From NCBI GenBank assembly GCA_002633005.1, contig NMRA01000249.1:1-64000 (forward strand): DNA of 64,000 nucleotides, in the 5' to 3' direction. A program made the translations under genes and the position numbers. This document shows, one piece after another, positions 36,470 through 51,000 of the stretch. The notes under the pieces are model-generated. The model was not told where the DNA came from and did not search any database. It saw only the letters and a program-made list of their open reading frames with translations. This DNA comes from Phoronis australis (taxonomy: Eukaryota > Animalia > Phoronida). Positions within the stretch are counted from its first letter, which is position 1. The number at the start of each line of letters is the position of its first letter.

Positions 36470-39060
36470 GTCTAAGTACAATTTGCTGGTAATCAAACTT
36501 GTCCTTTATTTTTTATAACTGTGTTTTTTAGCTAGCTACGCAAGTCGAAGTGCAGCTTTAAATCTTCGACTAATTGTAGGCCTACACTTAATTGAAAATT
36601 TATAAACATGTTGTCTACTCTTATTTGTCACAGAGTACTCCTAAGTTGTGCTGGAACTGAAATCGCAGTTTTTTCAAGATTTAATGTATGCGTGAGCTTA
36701 TAAGTTTAGAGCCACTTGAACAATCTTGACCTGCTGTATTTCACCCAAAAGTAGCTCGCTTAAAATCCAAAACAGCTGGATAATATTCTTTCCCACTTAC
36801 GATTCTATTCCCGTTACCTACAAGAACATCTACCCCATCAGTGACTCAATCGCTTCAGATTTGATTTGGTTAGCCACAACCATAAAATTGCGGGTTCGCA
36901 TGTATGCATTGCCTTTGAGTTGATTTGACGTCTTATTCGACAAAAGATTGAATGAGTGATGCAATGTTTATAAACCCTAAACTGCTTCTATTATGACGCC
37001 AACATTGATATCTAAACAAGGGCGCTTTGTAGCTTTTTTAAAGTAAAGCAATGGTATCATTTATCTTAATTCAAACACATGAACAAAACAGAACTTAGAG
37101 AAGCCTGTTTTTTTGATACACAACGAATTTTGTCTTAATTTATTATTTATTATTATTTTATTACCATACGCTAATATGGGCCCTTGTTCGTGATAATAGT
37201 CTAAATAATTAAAAAAATATGTTTTTATTGGAAGGCGGCCATGGTTTGATCTCGGTGGTGGCGCTTTTAATGATCAAGATAAGCACCAGAAGAGGTTGGT
37301 AATTCATTTTGGTAGTTTTCCTTTTCAATGGTTGTCTTAGAAACAAGATCACATGACGGTTCTCAAAATCGTAAAAATGGGGAGTCGTTTTTTATAAATA
37401 AGATCATCGAAAACTTTACATCGAATACAATTACTGTGCAACGTTTGTATTTGAAAAGATAAACAAAGTGTCTTCATTGAAAAATGAAGACACTTTGTTT
37501 AAGCATTAGGGATTCGGGTTCTTTTTTTCACACGTGGTTTGGAAACCATTTTACTTTAGACACTGGCGAACACAATTACTTGCTCAGGCTGAGGGCACGG
37601 GCTTGTCTCAGTCACCAGGTGGCGAGACCGTCTCGTCTACCAATCTATTACCGAACAACATGTCTTAGAAATCGTGAGTCCGCTCCAAAATAGTTCAGCA
37701 AACGAACAAGTCAGGAGAAAGGGGGTAGTCAAAAGCAGAACTTATTGTTGAGAATTACTTTTGATGCTTGATATTACCAGATAATGTCATGCTTTTTTCG
37801 GGTTACCTTGAGGAGACAATCTGACCTGCTCTGAGTAACTGGCTCGATGCGATGTGTCTGCAGTAAACTCCACAAGGTATCGCGCCAATCCACCTACGGC
37901 AGACATGCGCATTGGAAGAAATAAATAAAGTGCAATTTGCGGTAGGAGTTGAAGACGAAGTACCTTAGTTCCTGTGTAGCATATTTCTTACGATTTTTTC
38001 ACAACATGTAATGGCAATGGTTTCTATAATATGATTCGTGGTTATGGTACATGATGTTCACTCAGCTACTTGATGTGATTTCGTCTCCAATTGTGGTAAG
38101 TATTTGTTGTAATTGTAACTTTTTCCACCTGTGCCGTAGGCGCAGCAACTGCCACCAACACGTCCACAGGCTCAGCTCAGCCAGTGACCACCGTCTTTAG
38201 CTGACCAGTAGAGACGGTGAAGCTAGAACTTCATATGCCTGAAGCTTTTCGGCGAATTATGTCTCACACTGATTAAGAGATCAAACTTACTTTGTTTTTA
38301 TTACCTTTTGTGCACAGAGAGAACCTTATTTGGCCATTGATCTTTTTAATTCCTTCCAACTCGAACAAATTCTCGAACTTTTCTTTGAGCAGTCCTTCGT
38401 TCAGCTCCCAAAATCGAAAACTCTATGTTACATTAGAGACAATGTTGATTACTGACATTGAACTCATCTAGACATTTGCGTGAGTTTAGATTAAGTGTTG
38501 TGGAGAACACTGATGTAGCTAGCCCTGCCTTGTCAACACATGGCCCTTCATTGGCTGGCTGCGGCATACACGATGGTATCATCGCCCTGCCTTGTACATG
38601 TATTCCATATACCATGGACAGGGTAGACAATTACATCACCTATGGACGGCATGTGCGATGGGATGTGTATGGAACCAGAAGAGATTGCATAAGATTTAAG
38701 TGTTTAAGTGGCAATATCTTTAAAATGTATTTGTAAGAATGTGAAAACCTCCTATTCGGTGACCGGGTTTGGGCTGCTGCCCATTTAAAATGCATGGAAT
38801 GAAATTAAAATAGAGGGTTATCCCTCTCGCCATGGTGATTCTAAAAATGTATTACTTGTACCGAGGCACTGGTCGGATATAGCAGTCTTTGATTTTTAGA
38901 ACCAAGTTCATCAACTGAATATCATGCCTGTTGTTCAGTGTGTGCCTCAGGGACCACTTTATCCCGCCGGTGCCTTTTACCAATTGGTATCTTCATATTC
39001 ATAAATTTAGAGACTTAGGCTATATGTAGTGTTGTAGCCGTCTCCAGCTAGCCGAGGGGT

Positions 39061-39779
39061 AGACAGTGCCACTGTCTCGACTGGCCACTCACTTGAGACG
39101 GTGATGCTCTTATAGGTGCTTCATATGGCAGAAACTTTTCGATTGATTGTGCCTCACATTGATCAGCCACATTGGTTTAAGTAACTTTTGCGCATAGGGG
39201 ATACCTTTGGAGGCTGTCAATGTCTTCCTTCCAACTCAAACAAATACTCCTGTAATCAAAGTTTTTTTTCGAGTAGTCGTTCGTTCAGTTGCCCAAATGA
39301 GCAACTGCCCATTTTCAAGTAAAAGTCGAATAAACAGGTCCATCTTCAAAGTGGCAACCAGTTTCACTGAATACCGGACATTGCCCTTAATCTGAAAACT
39401 ATTTATCAGCAGCCATGTTCAAGAGGGACCCATTTACTCCACTTTTGCCCAATTTTACACTGTAGAAGCCAGGAGCGTGTGCCAGGAGTACCCGCAGTGT
39501 AAAAGTAAAAGGGGGTACAGTGTAAAATTGACCATTTAGTGATTTGGGCAAGGAAGGACTTCTCGAAAAAATTGATTACGGAGGTATTTGTTCGAGTTGG
39601 AAGGAATTACTGAAGGCCTACTAAGGGGTCACTGTATGCGCAAAAGGTACTTATTGTAACATGACTTTGATGTTTTAATCAGTGTGAGGTATAATTTCCC
39701 TACAAGCTTCCGGCATATGAAGCGCCTATAGGAGCATCACCGTCTCTACTAGGGCCAGTCGAGACGGTGGCCCTGTCTT
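39061..39779. mobile_element. Foldback/MITE-like element with ~240-bp imperfect inverted arms; a solo arm lies at ~38180-38410
   Basis: agacagtgccactgtctcgactggcc...gagacggtgatgctc...cttcatatg...cttccaactc is mirrored by gagttggaagg...catatgaagc...gagcatcaccgtctc...ggccagtcgagacggtggccctgtct. Confidence 0.7.
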
Positions 39780-42700
39780 GCCTAACAGAAAAGCGGCAAC
39801 TGCCATAGTCACAATCCAGTACTTACTCTGTACTCACGTGTGATGGCTCGTCTTGCTGTTTTTGCAGTCTACAAACAAGTAGGGATTGGAATGTGCTTCT
39901 TCCCTTGTTTCACAACATGGATTATAACAAAATCATCATCATCTACTGTTTTGTTTATGTTTTCTTCGGAAGACTTAATCATTAATTAAAGAAATCCGTC
40001 GTTAAAAAATCCATTTCTTAGAACATGACGCTTTCATCTGTTTTTGGTTTCGCCTGACGACCACTCATGTTTCTCAAGGCATACATGTAAGCAAAAACTA
40101 CTTCATTGGGTTAACTTTGGACATCCTTCGTCAAACCACGATAAAATTGCGATAAAATTGCGTGGGAACTAAGACATTTGTCTGAAAACTGTTAACATTT
40201 CGACACATACTGTCAATTTGTTTCACCAAGGGACCTTTTCTGTGTTCAGTAGCACCTGGTACTGTTTGTTGGTTCATTTATTTAGGCCTTGCAACAACAC
40301 AGGTAAGGTTTTCTTTTGCATAGAGTTGTGCCTCACACTCCAATGGTTGTCTACCTTGTGAAACCCGTCTGTAGTTTATTTACAGATGGGTTACTTGCCT
40401 ACTTAGTCCCCATTGCATCTGGTTGATCGTCCTCCAACCCTGTAGCATACTCGGTGAAGTATTGCCTCACGGGAGCTTATCTTGACCTTTTTGGAATATA
40501 CGTAATATTTCCCTCAGGTAGAATTTAATGAGGAGATTTTCACTGTAAAAGTCTGATGTAGCGGTTCTAGATTATGAGAAATTAAAGAACCAGGCTATAA
40601 TAATCATCCACTTGCTTAACACAATAGATATCGCCAAAATTGACATTTTAAAAGCTAATTACAGTGAAGTGTACACACAATAACACTAGCCAATGCACAG
40701 CATTGGCCTCTAATCACTGGCATGGGTTCCTGAAGGTCTAAATGATTTTGGATACTACCGTAATTGACAGGACAGATTCATACCAAGTTACACTACTAGT
40801 ACTACCTATTGCAAACTTGTGTTAAATTAGTGACTTGGTTATTCTGGGGAACACTAAAAACTGATCATTGTCTCTGTAGTCAGGTGATAACCTGTCCATA
40901 GGTGAATATGGAAAACTGGAAATACCAATTGATAATCGTCATACCTGGAACAAGGTCTGACTTACTGTCAATATTAAGCGTCAATAATTTTTCATGCTGG
41001 TTCTAGATCTTCAACATTTCCTACCACAACAGTTACTTGGCCACATAAAGAGTACCTACTCTGTACACCAACTGTGGTAATGTTATGACTATGAGCATGT
41101 CTTCATATAGTGTGTCCACTGTTAAATAACTTGCAGAATGACAAATCAGTGTTCGGTAATTAATCGCTGGTGCATTTGTATACTTGTAGTAAACCATATT
41201 CACAAAATAACCATATTGATGGTTGGTTAAAAGTGGCGTGCTGTTAATTTCATCACTCAAGAAAAGTTATCCAGCAGTACAAAATATGTCCCTGCACTGT
41301 GCACTAGCCAGGGACACTGGGGAGTATTGCCTATAGTGTTGGTAGTAACCGGAACTTGTCACGTTCTTTGTATCTTCTGTTTAGCTATTCGTATTGTTTT
41401 TTCAGCCACAATGGATGCCCTCATGTTTAGTTATGTGGCAAAAGCTTTTAAGTTAATAATCCCAGTCTTACATAACCATTAATGTCCCATCCCTGTTCAT
41501 ATGTCTTGTAGAAAGTAACTCATTTGGAGGCTGTCCACCTGGGCTGTAATCAACTAGTATGGTATCTTTCTCAGAGTGTCACCAATGATTTTGATTCAGG
41601 CATTGTTTGTTAATTGTTAATTTAATTTCTAACGTTCATCAAACATTTGACATTTGCATTGAGTTGTTAGGTCGTGTTTAAAATTCACTTGATTTTGTTC
41701 TTTGATAATTTTGAGTAAATAAGGGTGACAGAGAGATGTGAAGAAGTGCTGTATTGTTGTCTAGCTTTGAATTGTATCATGCCTGATAAACGGTCTTTGT
41801 TTAGAGCAGCATGAGTGTTGTTGATACTTAAATTGATCTTGTATTGATTTGTCATTGTTCAACCTTGTATGGTGCCTGAAGTACTAGGAATTATGGGATG
41901 TAAAGAAGTAACAAAGGGATTGAATGCTGGAGCTCTTTTCCACTGTTTAAGGTTGAAGACTGTAAAGATGGCCTCCAGTGACCAAAACACCCTCTTGACA
42001 CCGGAAATATTTTTTAATAAAATATTGTTTTTGTTACTTGCATACCACAGAAAGTAAATAAATGCGACGTAAATTACACCGCCCATAATTCGTAGCCCCT
42101 TCGAGCACCTCGGAGAAATTCTCAACCAATCAGTGTAAAGAGGGTTCATATAACTTCATAGTGCCCACGAAATTTCTCCTAAGCCTCACTGTGTAACAGC
42201 TGAGTGTCGTTTCTTTGAGGTAGGCTAGTTATCGGTCTCTTGGCAAAAATGCCACGTTGCGTACGGATGCAGCAATGAAGCGGCCTTGTCATACATTTGT
42301 GCAACTTCCTGCCGATCCAGTCACATGCTGTGCGTGGATTAGATTCATATCCACGATTCTATGACAAGGACCGGTGACAAAATTTCCGATCAACAAGATC
42401 TGTTCTAGACCAGGTGCAAAGCTGTATACAAAATCTACAATTTTGTGCCCATGTGATTGAAAATGACCAAATGAAATCTGAGGCAAGAGTATTGTCATTA
42501 AAAGCTACACCGCTCTTCTTTGAGTAAACCAAATTATTTACCTGTGTTGGAAAAATTGACGTCCTACCGCTCATCTACTGCTAAAATTGAAGTGCGCTCT
42601 CATGAGTCAGCTTTCAGCTATTGCATCACCCGACCTGATCAGTTTTCCCCCATTTATACTTACATCAAATGTTCTTCACTACCACTTTCTTTGTTACCAA

Positions 42701-43220
42701 ACTTATCAAACTCAAAAAGCGGAGAATTATGCTAGAAAATGACGTTTGTTAGATCATACTTAAACGGCTGGCAATGGTCAAGGTGAGTGTCGGAATTGTC
42801 TCCCAGATTTTCCATTCGCGCCCATCTGCCGTTGGCTCTACAGTATATGTTTCCTGACGAAATGACTAGCAGAACTCATACCCGACCTGTAGACCTATGA
42901 AATTTCATGGTCTAACGGAGCTCAACACACATTTGCTACCTAGCTGTAGTTTATCAAAAGTCTTCAAACAGCTAGCTCTGCAGTGCGCACTTCGACGTTT
43001 CGTGTTTCTGTTCCGGCGCGGCGTATCGGGAATCTGGCCCAAAAATCAAATCGGAATATTCTGATTTGGGCGGTTCCCGTAATGGAATTCTGATACGGCC
43101 GGCGCATATCGGAATATAGTTTTTGATTGAATTTGAAACGTAAAACTGAATACAATTACAAATCCTTATAATCCGCTATGTTTTCATTCAATTGAGACTT
43201 TATTTCATAGTTTTAATATA

Positions 43221-43379
43221 CCGTAATCGTTCGGGTTAACGCCCTGGGCGGTTAAATTGGCGATTCCAAAAAATCGGGGGAGGGCGGTTAACCGAGCAGT
43301 GGGCAGTTAAATCGAAAATCCACTTAAAGTCGGGGATGGGCGGTTAACTGAGCATGGGCGTTAACCCGAACGATTACGG
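43221..43379. mobile_element. 159-bp Tc1/mariner-superfamily-type MITE with TA target duplication
   Basis: Perfect 24-bp TIR CCGTAATCGTTCGGGTTAACGCCC flanked by TA on both sides; internal GGGCGGTTAA repeats. Confidence 0.88.
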
Positions 43380-46300
43380 TATTACTGATACAACGTTGTG
43401 TTGCTATTAAATTTTATATCTTTGTGCAAGTGAGGTTGACTGAGTCTATATTCAAAATGGCGGCGACTACGGGTTGCAGGATTTCAATGCAAATTATTTT
43501 GAAAATTAAATTCCAATATATAATTTTCGATGAATTTGAATATAATTGCTTGTGAAATTGCCTGATAACAATTCGAGCAAATTGTTATGTTTTTTCCGAC
43601 TGTTTAGGCAACCCCAGTCATCCTCCCGAAGATTCCCATATGGGCCGGTATTAGAATGTGTGCTAAATAATTGAATAAAAAGTTCTAAAGGTAATAATTT
43701 TGATATATTAAATGACCTGAAATGAACAATTAATGTGTTTCCTTGATTTTCCACGTATTTTGCACTGAATTAAACGGCCAGTCATTGCTGATTTTAATAC
43801 AACACGCTGAAAGCCAAATTCGTTGCAACGATGGTGTCATAGACTTCGATTAGCACAAGCGCCATCTCAAGTTTTTTTGGTCCTAAATGGGGTTCGTGAT
43901 GGGGCAACTGTATTGTAAAAGCCCTACTTAATTAACGACTGGGGTATGCTATGACACCGTATGTTGGTGTTTTTCATCAATAAATGTATTTTAGATGTAA
44001 AAATGGTCATTTTGGCACCATGGTAGGCCTTTAAATTTGTCTTCCATTGCTCATGGAAGCTGGTGAACCTTTTTCAGAATTGGGTCTTTACCCAGAAATT
44101 TGATTGGCCGCAACTTACTTGAAGTGTTAGGTTCTCTTATAGAAGGAAGATTGGAGTGGGACAAAATTAATTACGGTTATTTGGAGCACTTTGGCAACCC
44201 CTAGGTTGTATTTTGTGAAAGTCATGCATAGGAGCATGGAGAAGCTTTGTTTCTCAGTTAATTTTGCACAACCATCAACAACTAGGTCTGTTTAGTTTAT
44301 GTGGCACACCAACGAAAATAAATTTAATTTATTTTGTGGGAACTAAGTGGAGAATTATTGTAATTAAAAGTCTGAAAATAGCCTGATAATAGTCGCGGTC
44401 CTTTAATAGTATCACTTCTACATGAATCAGACAGTTGTCAACAGTGCGACTTGTTCCTTTTTAGTTGCATTTACACACCATTAGTTCGCAAATTGGATCA
44501 GCACGAGTCACGAAGACTGAAGACTGTCTGCGCATGCTCGAATAAACAATCAATATTTACGCTATTGCGCAAGGGCATTGAAAGATGATCCCTTTCCGCC
44601 CTGCCCAGTTGTGTTTGGACGTGTAGTTGGATTTGGAGCAACTGATGGAGTGCAACTCGCGCTACCTCTCAAACTGCTGCCTAAAAATGGCTGCCGCGGT
44701 GTCACTTGCTCCATGTCAGCCATGTTTAGAGACACACTTGCACCCGATCAGCTGTTCTGCGTTAGTTGTTCCGACTGTTAGCTGTTCCATGGTAGTTGTT
44801 GTGTGTCAGTTGTCCCTCATGTAAATGCAGCTTGTGTGCTTTTGCAATTTCTTGGCATTTCACCTATTCAAGCCAATTTGTTGGATGTATGGAGAGCAAA
44901 ATGTCATAGGAGGGGCTGATGATGTGTTGTTTGAAATGCATTGTGGAGCATTTGTCAACTCTTAGTGTCTGTAGACATGGGCACATAACTTGGTGACGTG
45001 TAAACAAAATGATGGGAAACAACACTTGTCATTTGAGCACAGCAGAATTGAAAGCACTGGTCCGCAATGTTCACCAAACTTGTAGACCTTTGAGTACAAG
45101 GTTCTAAGCAACTATCATCAATAAAACATTGAAAATGAGCCACAAAATGCACCTGATTATTGTATTGATTAGCAAATATTTTTCTGAAGTAAATTTCACG
45201 TCCTAAAATGCAAATTCTAAACCAAGTCCATGTCAACATGTCATTTGTTATGCCACTGAGTGTTTACAAACCTTCCAAGAATGCTCTTGAAAGACAACAG
45301 CATGACAGATCAAATCTCTCAATTTTTTATACATGAGAACAAAATGAGAAAAAACTCAATTGATATATAGCATTCATTCACTTGGATGCTTACGTATTTT
45401 GTGGTGAACTACGTGACTGGAACAATTTGTCGTTGTTTGAACTAATGAAGCAGCTTGTGCAATTGAATTGTTTGTACACCACCTGTTTGGGTTTCAAGAA
45501 ATCTGTTGTTTACATTTGCTGCTTGGATTCTTATTTCTCTTCTGTCAGATGCTGAAATTTTTTAGCCTAACTGGGAAACAAATTTGTAAAAATGTATTGT
45601 TGGTAACAGGTTGTTGAAATCAGGAACAGCTGTCACTAACTGTGTGTTAGACCAGCAGTATTAGTGTATGTAGATATTCCAGTCTTCTATTAGCTGGGCT
45701 GGTTAAAATATTGAATTGGTGTGGGGAATTGTATCAGCCACACTAGCAAGCATGGCCTGCACTATTTGAAATGCCTAAGGCAATGCATAAATTATGTGTC
45801 TGGCTCTAACATACATTTCAAGCCGAGACTGTGGGATGACATGGTGTCAAGTTTCCCTCAATATTACATTGCACTGGTTTACCTCCAGGTAATTCTGATC
45901 ACTTAGTTGAATTCAAATTGCCGACTAGTGAAATTCCATTTTGTCAAATTTCTCTGCAAAAATGAAAATTAAGAAAAATTTAGTCTGTTGCTAACTTAGT
46001 TTGTGCAGTGTAGATGTTGTCACTTTTGTTATATCTTCCAGTATTTGTATTAAAGTAAACCAGGCTTTGAAAAAGGTAAAATAACCATTATGGGAATTGT
46101 TTTTGTGCAAAATGAGTAGAGAATTATTGTATGCAGAAAGCCAACCGAAAGGGAACTACCGGTGCAATCAGATTTGGGACACAATCAAACACGAATCTTT
46201 TGAACCCTACTTTACTACAGTAACTGAGAACCCTCAGGCCAACACAAAACATACTAAAGATGCTCCTGTCGGCATTTGGTTGGGTCTGCATTCACTTGAT

Positions 46301-47497
46301 GTCGAACAGGCTGCTCAACACATCATTTGGTGTGCCCTTGTTTGTGTAATTAAAAAAATGATTTTTTTTGTGTTTTTCTAAAGCGTTGTGTTTATTAGGT
46401 GTCTATGTAATTAGCTGCAGGTTGCATTTGTGACCTGAAATTCGGGCTGCGAGCTGAGATTTTGGCCAACTTGCATTAGTTGCAAGTGTGTGACATGGGA
46501 ATTGTAACTTATCTATGATGATTTTTTTACACTTCTGTCTACAACCAGCAAAGTAGAGGCAACTATTTAAAATCTTGGGTACGACGAGCCAGCGGCCTTT
46601 TCTTTGATGACATATTTTTAGTTCATAATATTCTGCGAGCTGAAATCCGTGGGTGTGACCTGGATATTAGAGGGCAAGCTGTGATTTGATTACCTTGCAG
46701 TAACGTTGTCTTGGGTGCTCAGTACATTTTGAAAATAACAAAATCTGTTTAAGAATGCCTAAGTTGAGTCCACGCACCTACAGTTGGAACTTAACACAAT
46801 ATAATATCACCATTATGTGCATCCAATCTCTACATAAAGTATTTAGCTCAGCTTTTTTGCTGAGGTACAAAATGCACTGAATGGTTGACCTGGTTTTCGA
46901 AAGGAACGTAAGGTCACTTACTAAACATTTCTGGGCTGACGTCAAGCAAGTGAAAATCAATTGAGCTTCGTTCATTCAGTTTTTCAATTTTTTCATGTCT
47001 GTATTGCAAGTCACTATGGAATAGTACAACTATTGACTTCAGCAACATGTCATGACAAAATGCCAAACCACCAGTAAATGATACCAATCCAGTCTAGTGG
47101 TTAGTTAGCTCAGCAGCAGTACACAACTGCAGACATGTAGCATTGTGTGCAAGTACTGCAGTGCATTAATTTAGGAGGGTACAGTGTTCTGAGAAGTGGC
47201 TATTGACAGGTGTATTGAAAGCATCTTCCCAATTAATGAATCAATGAATGGTGGCTGTCCAAAGTATTCAATTTAATTGATAATGTGTAAGTCAATGCCT
47301 CAAAAATCTATCCTGCCTTGATTTACTGGATGTCTCGAGGTGAATTGATTCATGGTTAATAATGATAGATTTGCATGTTTCAGACAGAGATAATGAATCT
47401 GGTGGCTTGGGGACTGTCTGATCTTTTCTGCACTGGGTCACAAAACCTTGTTGTTGCAACGATAGCATTGTAATTGGTCATATTTCCTCATTTTCAG

Positions 47498-48087
47498 GTT
47501 TTCCCTTTCTTGAACGACCGGTATTTCAAGTGAAAAGGTTCAGCATTGCAATGCTGCATATAGCCAGGACCACCATGTATTGGGCATCTTGTTTCGAATA
47601 ATGAAGAGTAAAAATGGGCGCCTCCTTTTCCATCATGTGCACGGATCTGGAATCGTTTTGTCCGAGTCGGGTACTGTGGCGACTAGGTCGGACGAACACT
47701 TTTGCAATGGGATAGTGTTCAGTTTGCACCCGGTTGCCGTGGACACAAAGGTGTGCCTTGAACTGGGTCATACAGATCAGTGGAGTGGTGCTATACGAAT
47801 AGGAGTAACGAGTCATAATCCAGATTTCGTGTCAACAGCGGACCTTCCACAGTATGCCTGCCCTGATCTCACGAACTGCAAGGGCTATTGGGCACGTGCA
47901 ATCAGCGAGAAATATGCGGAGACTGGAACGCGAATCACGTTCTATGTGAACTGCTTTGGACAGATGCACTATTTCGTCAACAACGAGCACAAAGGAGTGT
48001 TGCTCAACCATTTGCCGACAAACTCTCCGTTGTGGCTGATGTTGGATCTTTATGGAAACACCAAAGTGGCAAAAATTGTCCAGCCAG
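47498..48087 (+). CDS. Exon with 5' leader and the NHR domain (ATG 47601)
   Basis: Acceptor tttcctcattttcag|47498; in-frame upstream TGA at 47511 makes ATG 47601 the start; donor G|gttagc. Confidence 0.85.
47551..47601 (+). promoter_or_regulatory. uORF MLHIARTTMYWASCFE*, whose TAA overlaps the main ATG (TAATG)
   Basis: ATG 47551 and in-frame accATG 47575; TAA at 47599-47601 shares A47601 with the main ATG. Confidence 0.55.
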
Positions 48088-51000
48088 GTTAGCGATATAT
48101 TACCAGATTTGTGGAGCCCTAAACCTCAATCTTAGTCGATATGTAATTCAAATATAAAACAACCTTGTGTTTGTTGACCATGGAAGCTTTGTACAATTTC
48201 TCTCATACCTGTAGAGTTGGACAGCACCCTGTTCACTCACAGCCTTATGTGATTGTTGAACCAAGAGTCACTAGTGATGAAAAACTGGTAGTTTGTTTGC
48301 TAGCATTCATCTTGTGGGTCACACTTACGGTACCCGGCAGTTTGGATTGCCTGAAAACTATTTTCGTTTTTGCTCACCTGGAACTTTCAAAGCTCGACTG
48401 TATAATTCTAAGGATGGACATCTGTTTGGGTATTATTGAATTTCTTCATCATGTTGTAAATGTTTATTGTGACACAGAGTGGATAAGGTACACCACCAAT
48501 TTCCACCCATAAACAACTTGTTTAACTCCATTTGGTCTCTAGAAGACGTGTTTATAAAATTTTGAATGCTAACTTACTTTTAATTTGTTTTCCTACATGT
48601 CATTTTTGTTTTCTGAGCCTAATAGTTCGGCAAGTGCCCATGCTCACAAAAATCCTACTAAGTCCAAAAATGACTTACAGTCTTAAAAATAGCTGAGCTA
48701 CAGGTTGAGACCAATTCAAAGGTTGGTGTTTTTGTGTTTAACATTTAAGTTGTTATTGCAAGCATAAAGTTTGCTTTTGCTGTTTCTGACAGAACTACCA
48801 GCAAGTTAGCCTCGTTTTGGATTTCCGCTGTAATTAATGAAACCAAAGAATTTGATCAAAGCAATGCTGCAGAATACATCAAAAATATCAATGACATTTT
48901 TTGTTTTGCTTGTTAGATGAAGCTCCTATTGAAATCGTCGCCCGTGGTCCCGACGCCATGTCCGCATATCACATTGCCTGTGAGAGTGGCACACAGCCTG
49001 TGTTCAGGTCACGTCTAATGTTAGTTGGCCAGGACCGTGTGGGCAAGACTAGTCTGAAAAGGTCATTGACCGGCCAGAGGTAAGTGTTTGAGGCCTAGCT
49101 ATTCTTGTTGTAAATCTGCCCTGTGTTATTGACAGTGCATGTCAATATGTAGGGTGTAATTATGTCTGCTGGTTCTCTGGTGCAGGCTATTTGCCTTTAT
49201 GGAAACGTCTCACATTGTGACGGTATGGACATGAACAGCCTTTTGGCATATTCGAGACAAGCCAGTTTGATCATTGGTACTTAAATTACAACCAGATTTT
49301 CTTCAAGAGTTGTCTTTTCTGAGTGCATTACCTATGGAAAGGTTCGCTCGTGGAGTCTGAATACAATCCAAAATGTGGTTTATACCATCTGATATATTAT
49401 ACTATTATATGTGAAAAATTTACACGAAGGTTATTTTTACAGAAGCTCTCAACAAATAGGTCCCTTTTAATAGTGTTTACTCTCTAGAAGAGTGAGATTT
49501 CATCTTCTTGACACTCAGGTGATCAGCGTGTCAGAGTAGTGCACTCCTCCCCCTGTATACCCTCCAGCATGACACGTGCAGTTGGTCCCTGTGCCCTATA
49601 CCCTCCAGCATGACACATGCAGTTGGTCCCTGTGCCCTGTTACTTGTTACTGAGTTGTTTATGTAAGAATAAATTTTTGCATGAAAGTTTAGTTATCTGC
49701 CACACAGCAGCTGTCAGGAGTTTGAAATTCTGGTTTAGCAGGAAACCACATGAGATACTCAGTGGTAGCTCATTGGTTTATGGAGAGGCACGACTAAGTT
49801 CTGTGCTATCTGTACCGTAACATAACTGCCCGGATGGTAAGAGGCCACAACGACTCTAATGCAATTTAATAAAATAAGTTATAATTGCTTGTATTCCTTG
49901 ATGAACTTTATGAAGTCCTTAATAATTTAAATTGTTCTCATCAGCTGGCAATTGTCAAATTCCAGTATCCTCTTTTCTTCTTTTTTTCTTTAAAATTTCT
50001 GCTCCATTCTAGCTCAAAAATGCATTTAAAACTCCAGTTTCACGAGTCCTGTATTTTATTCATATCTCAAATGACGTCGGAAAGCATATATCAAAAGTGT
50101 GTCGTACTTGGTAAAGATTTAGACACTACTCTCGAGTTCCGAATAGTCGTAAATATACGATTATTTTTTTCAGACTCGTTTTCCGGTCTATACGGCGCTT
50201 ATTCGGGTCTCTACGTTTATTAATTTTCTAACTTTTTTCCACTCTCCACGATTATTGTTTCAGCAAGTTCTCAATTTTTGTTTTATTCATTACAAATTTG
50301 TTACTCCAAAACTTAGCTATAGACACCGGGTTTCGTACCTTGGCCGTAAAATGTGGTGTCTTCGCTCTAAACCTCTAGACCACGAGACACTAGGTTCTGA
50401 CTTCGTAATTTAGAAGAGCTATATAAGACTGCGCGTTACACACGGAAGTCACATGTCATACACATTAAAAGATTTTATTCGCCAAAATATACAACTGTAC
50501 GTTTCAAAGCGTAAAATAATCGGACTCCCAAGCAACGGTTTACGCACCGGCTTTCTGTTGGACGACCAGAATGTTGTTTTGGACGGGTTCGACGGGATCG
50601 ATCAGAATTAAGAAAGTGTTGGCAAAATTTAAAAAGCATGAAATGATTACCACTTCTCTTAATATTAACGTCTGACTGCTCAAAGAAATAGGCCATCAGT
50701 AATTTCAGAAATGATGAATTTAATGCACAAAAAATGCATTTTTCAATATTCCGCGCGCCCCGTGACACAGACCGGTGTTACCGGCAGCTCAACGTAAATA
50801 TGAAAAAAAACGCTTTCGACGATTTTCTTTGGGTGATCCAATATTTATGATTGCACCCTGTGAAAAACTGGCAAGCCGTACCAAGTCTTCACTGTGTCTG
50901 TCCCCGAAGTTTGGGTTTCCGGGGGAGTAATTCCGGGATTTTGCACAGCCAGTGTCATCTGCGGTTTTCGTCATTATTGACATGCGCATTCTACATACTT

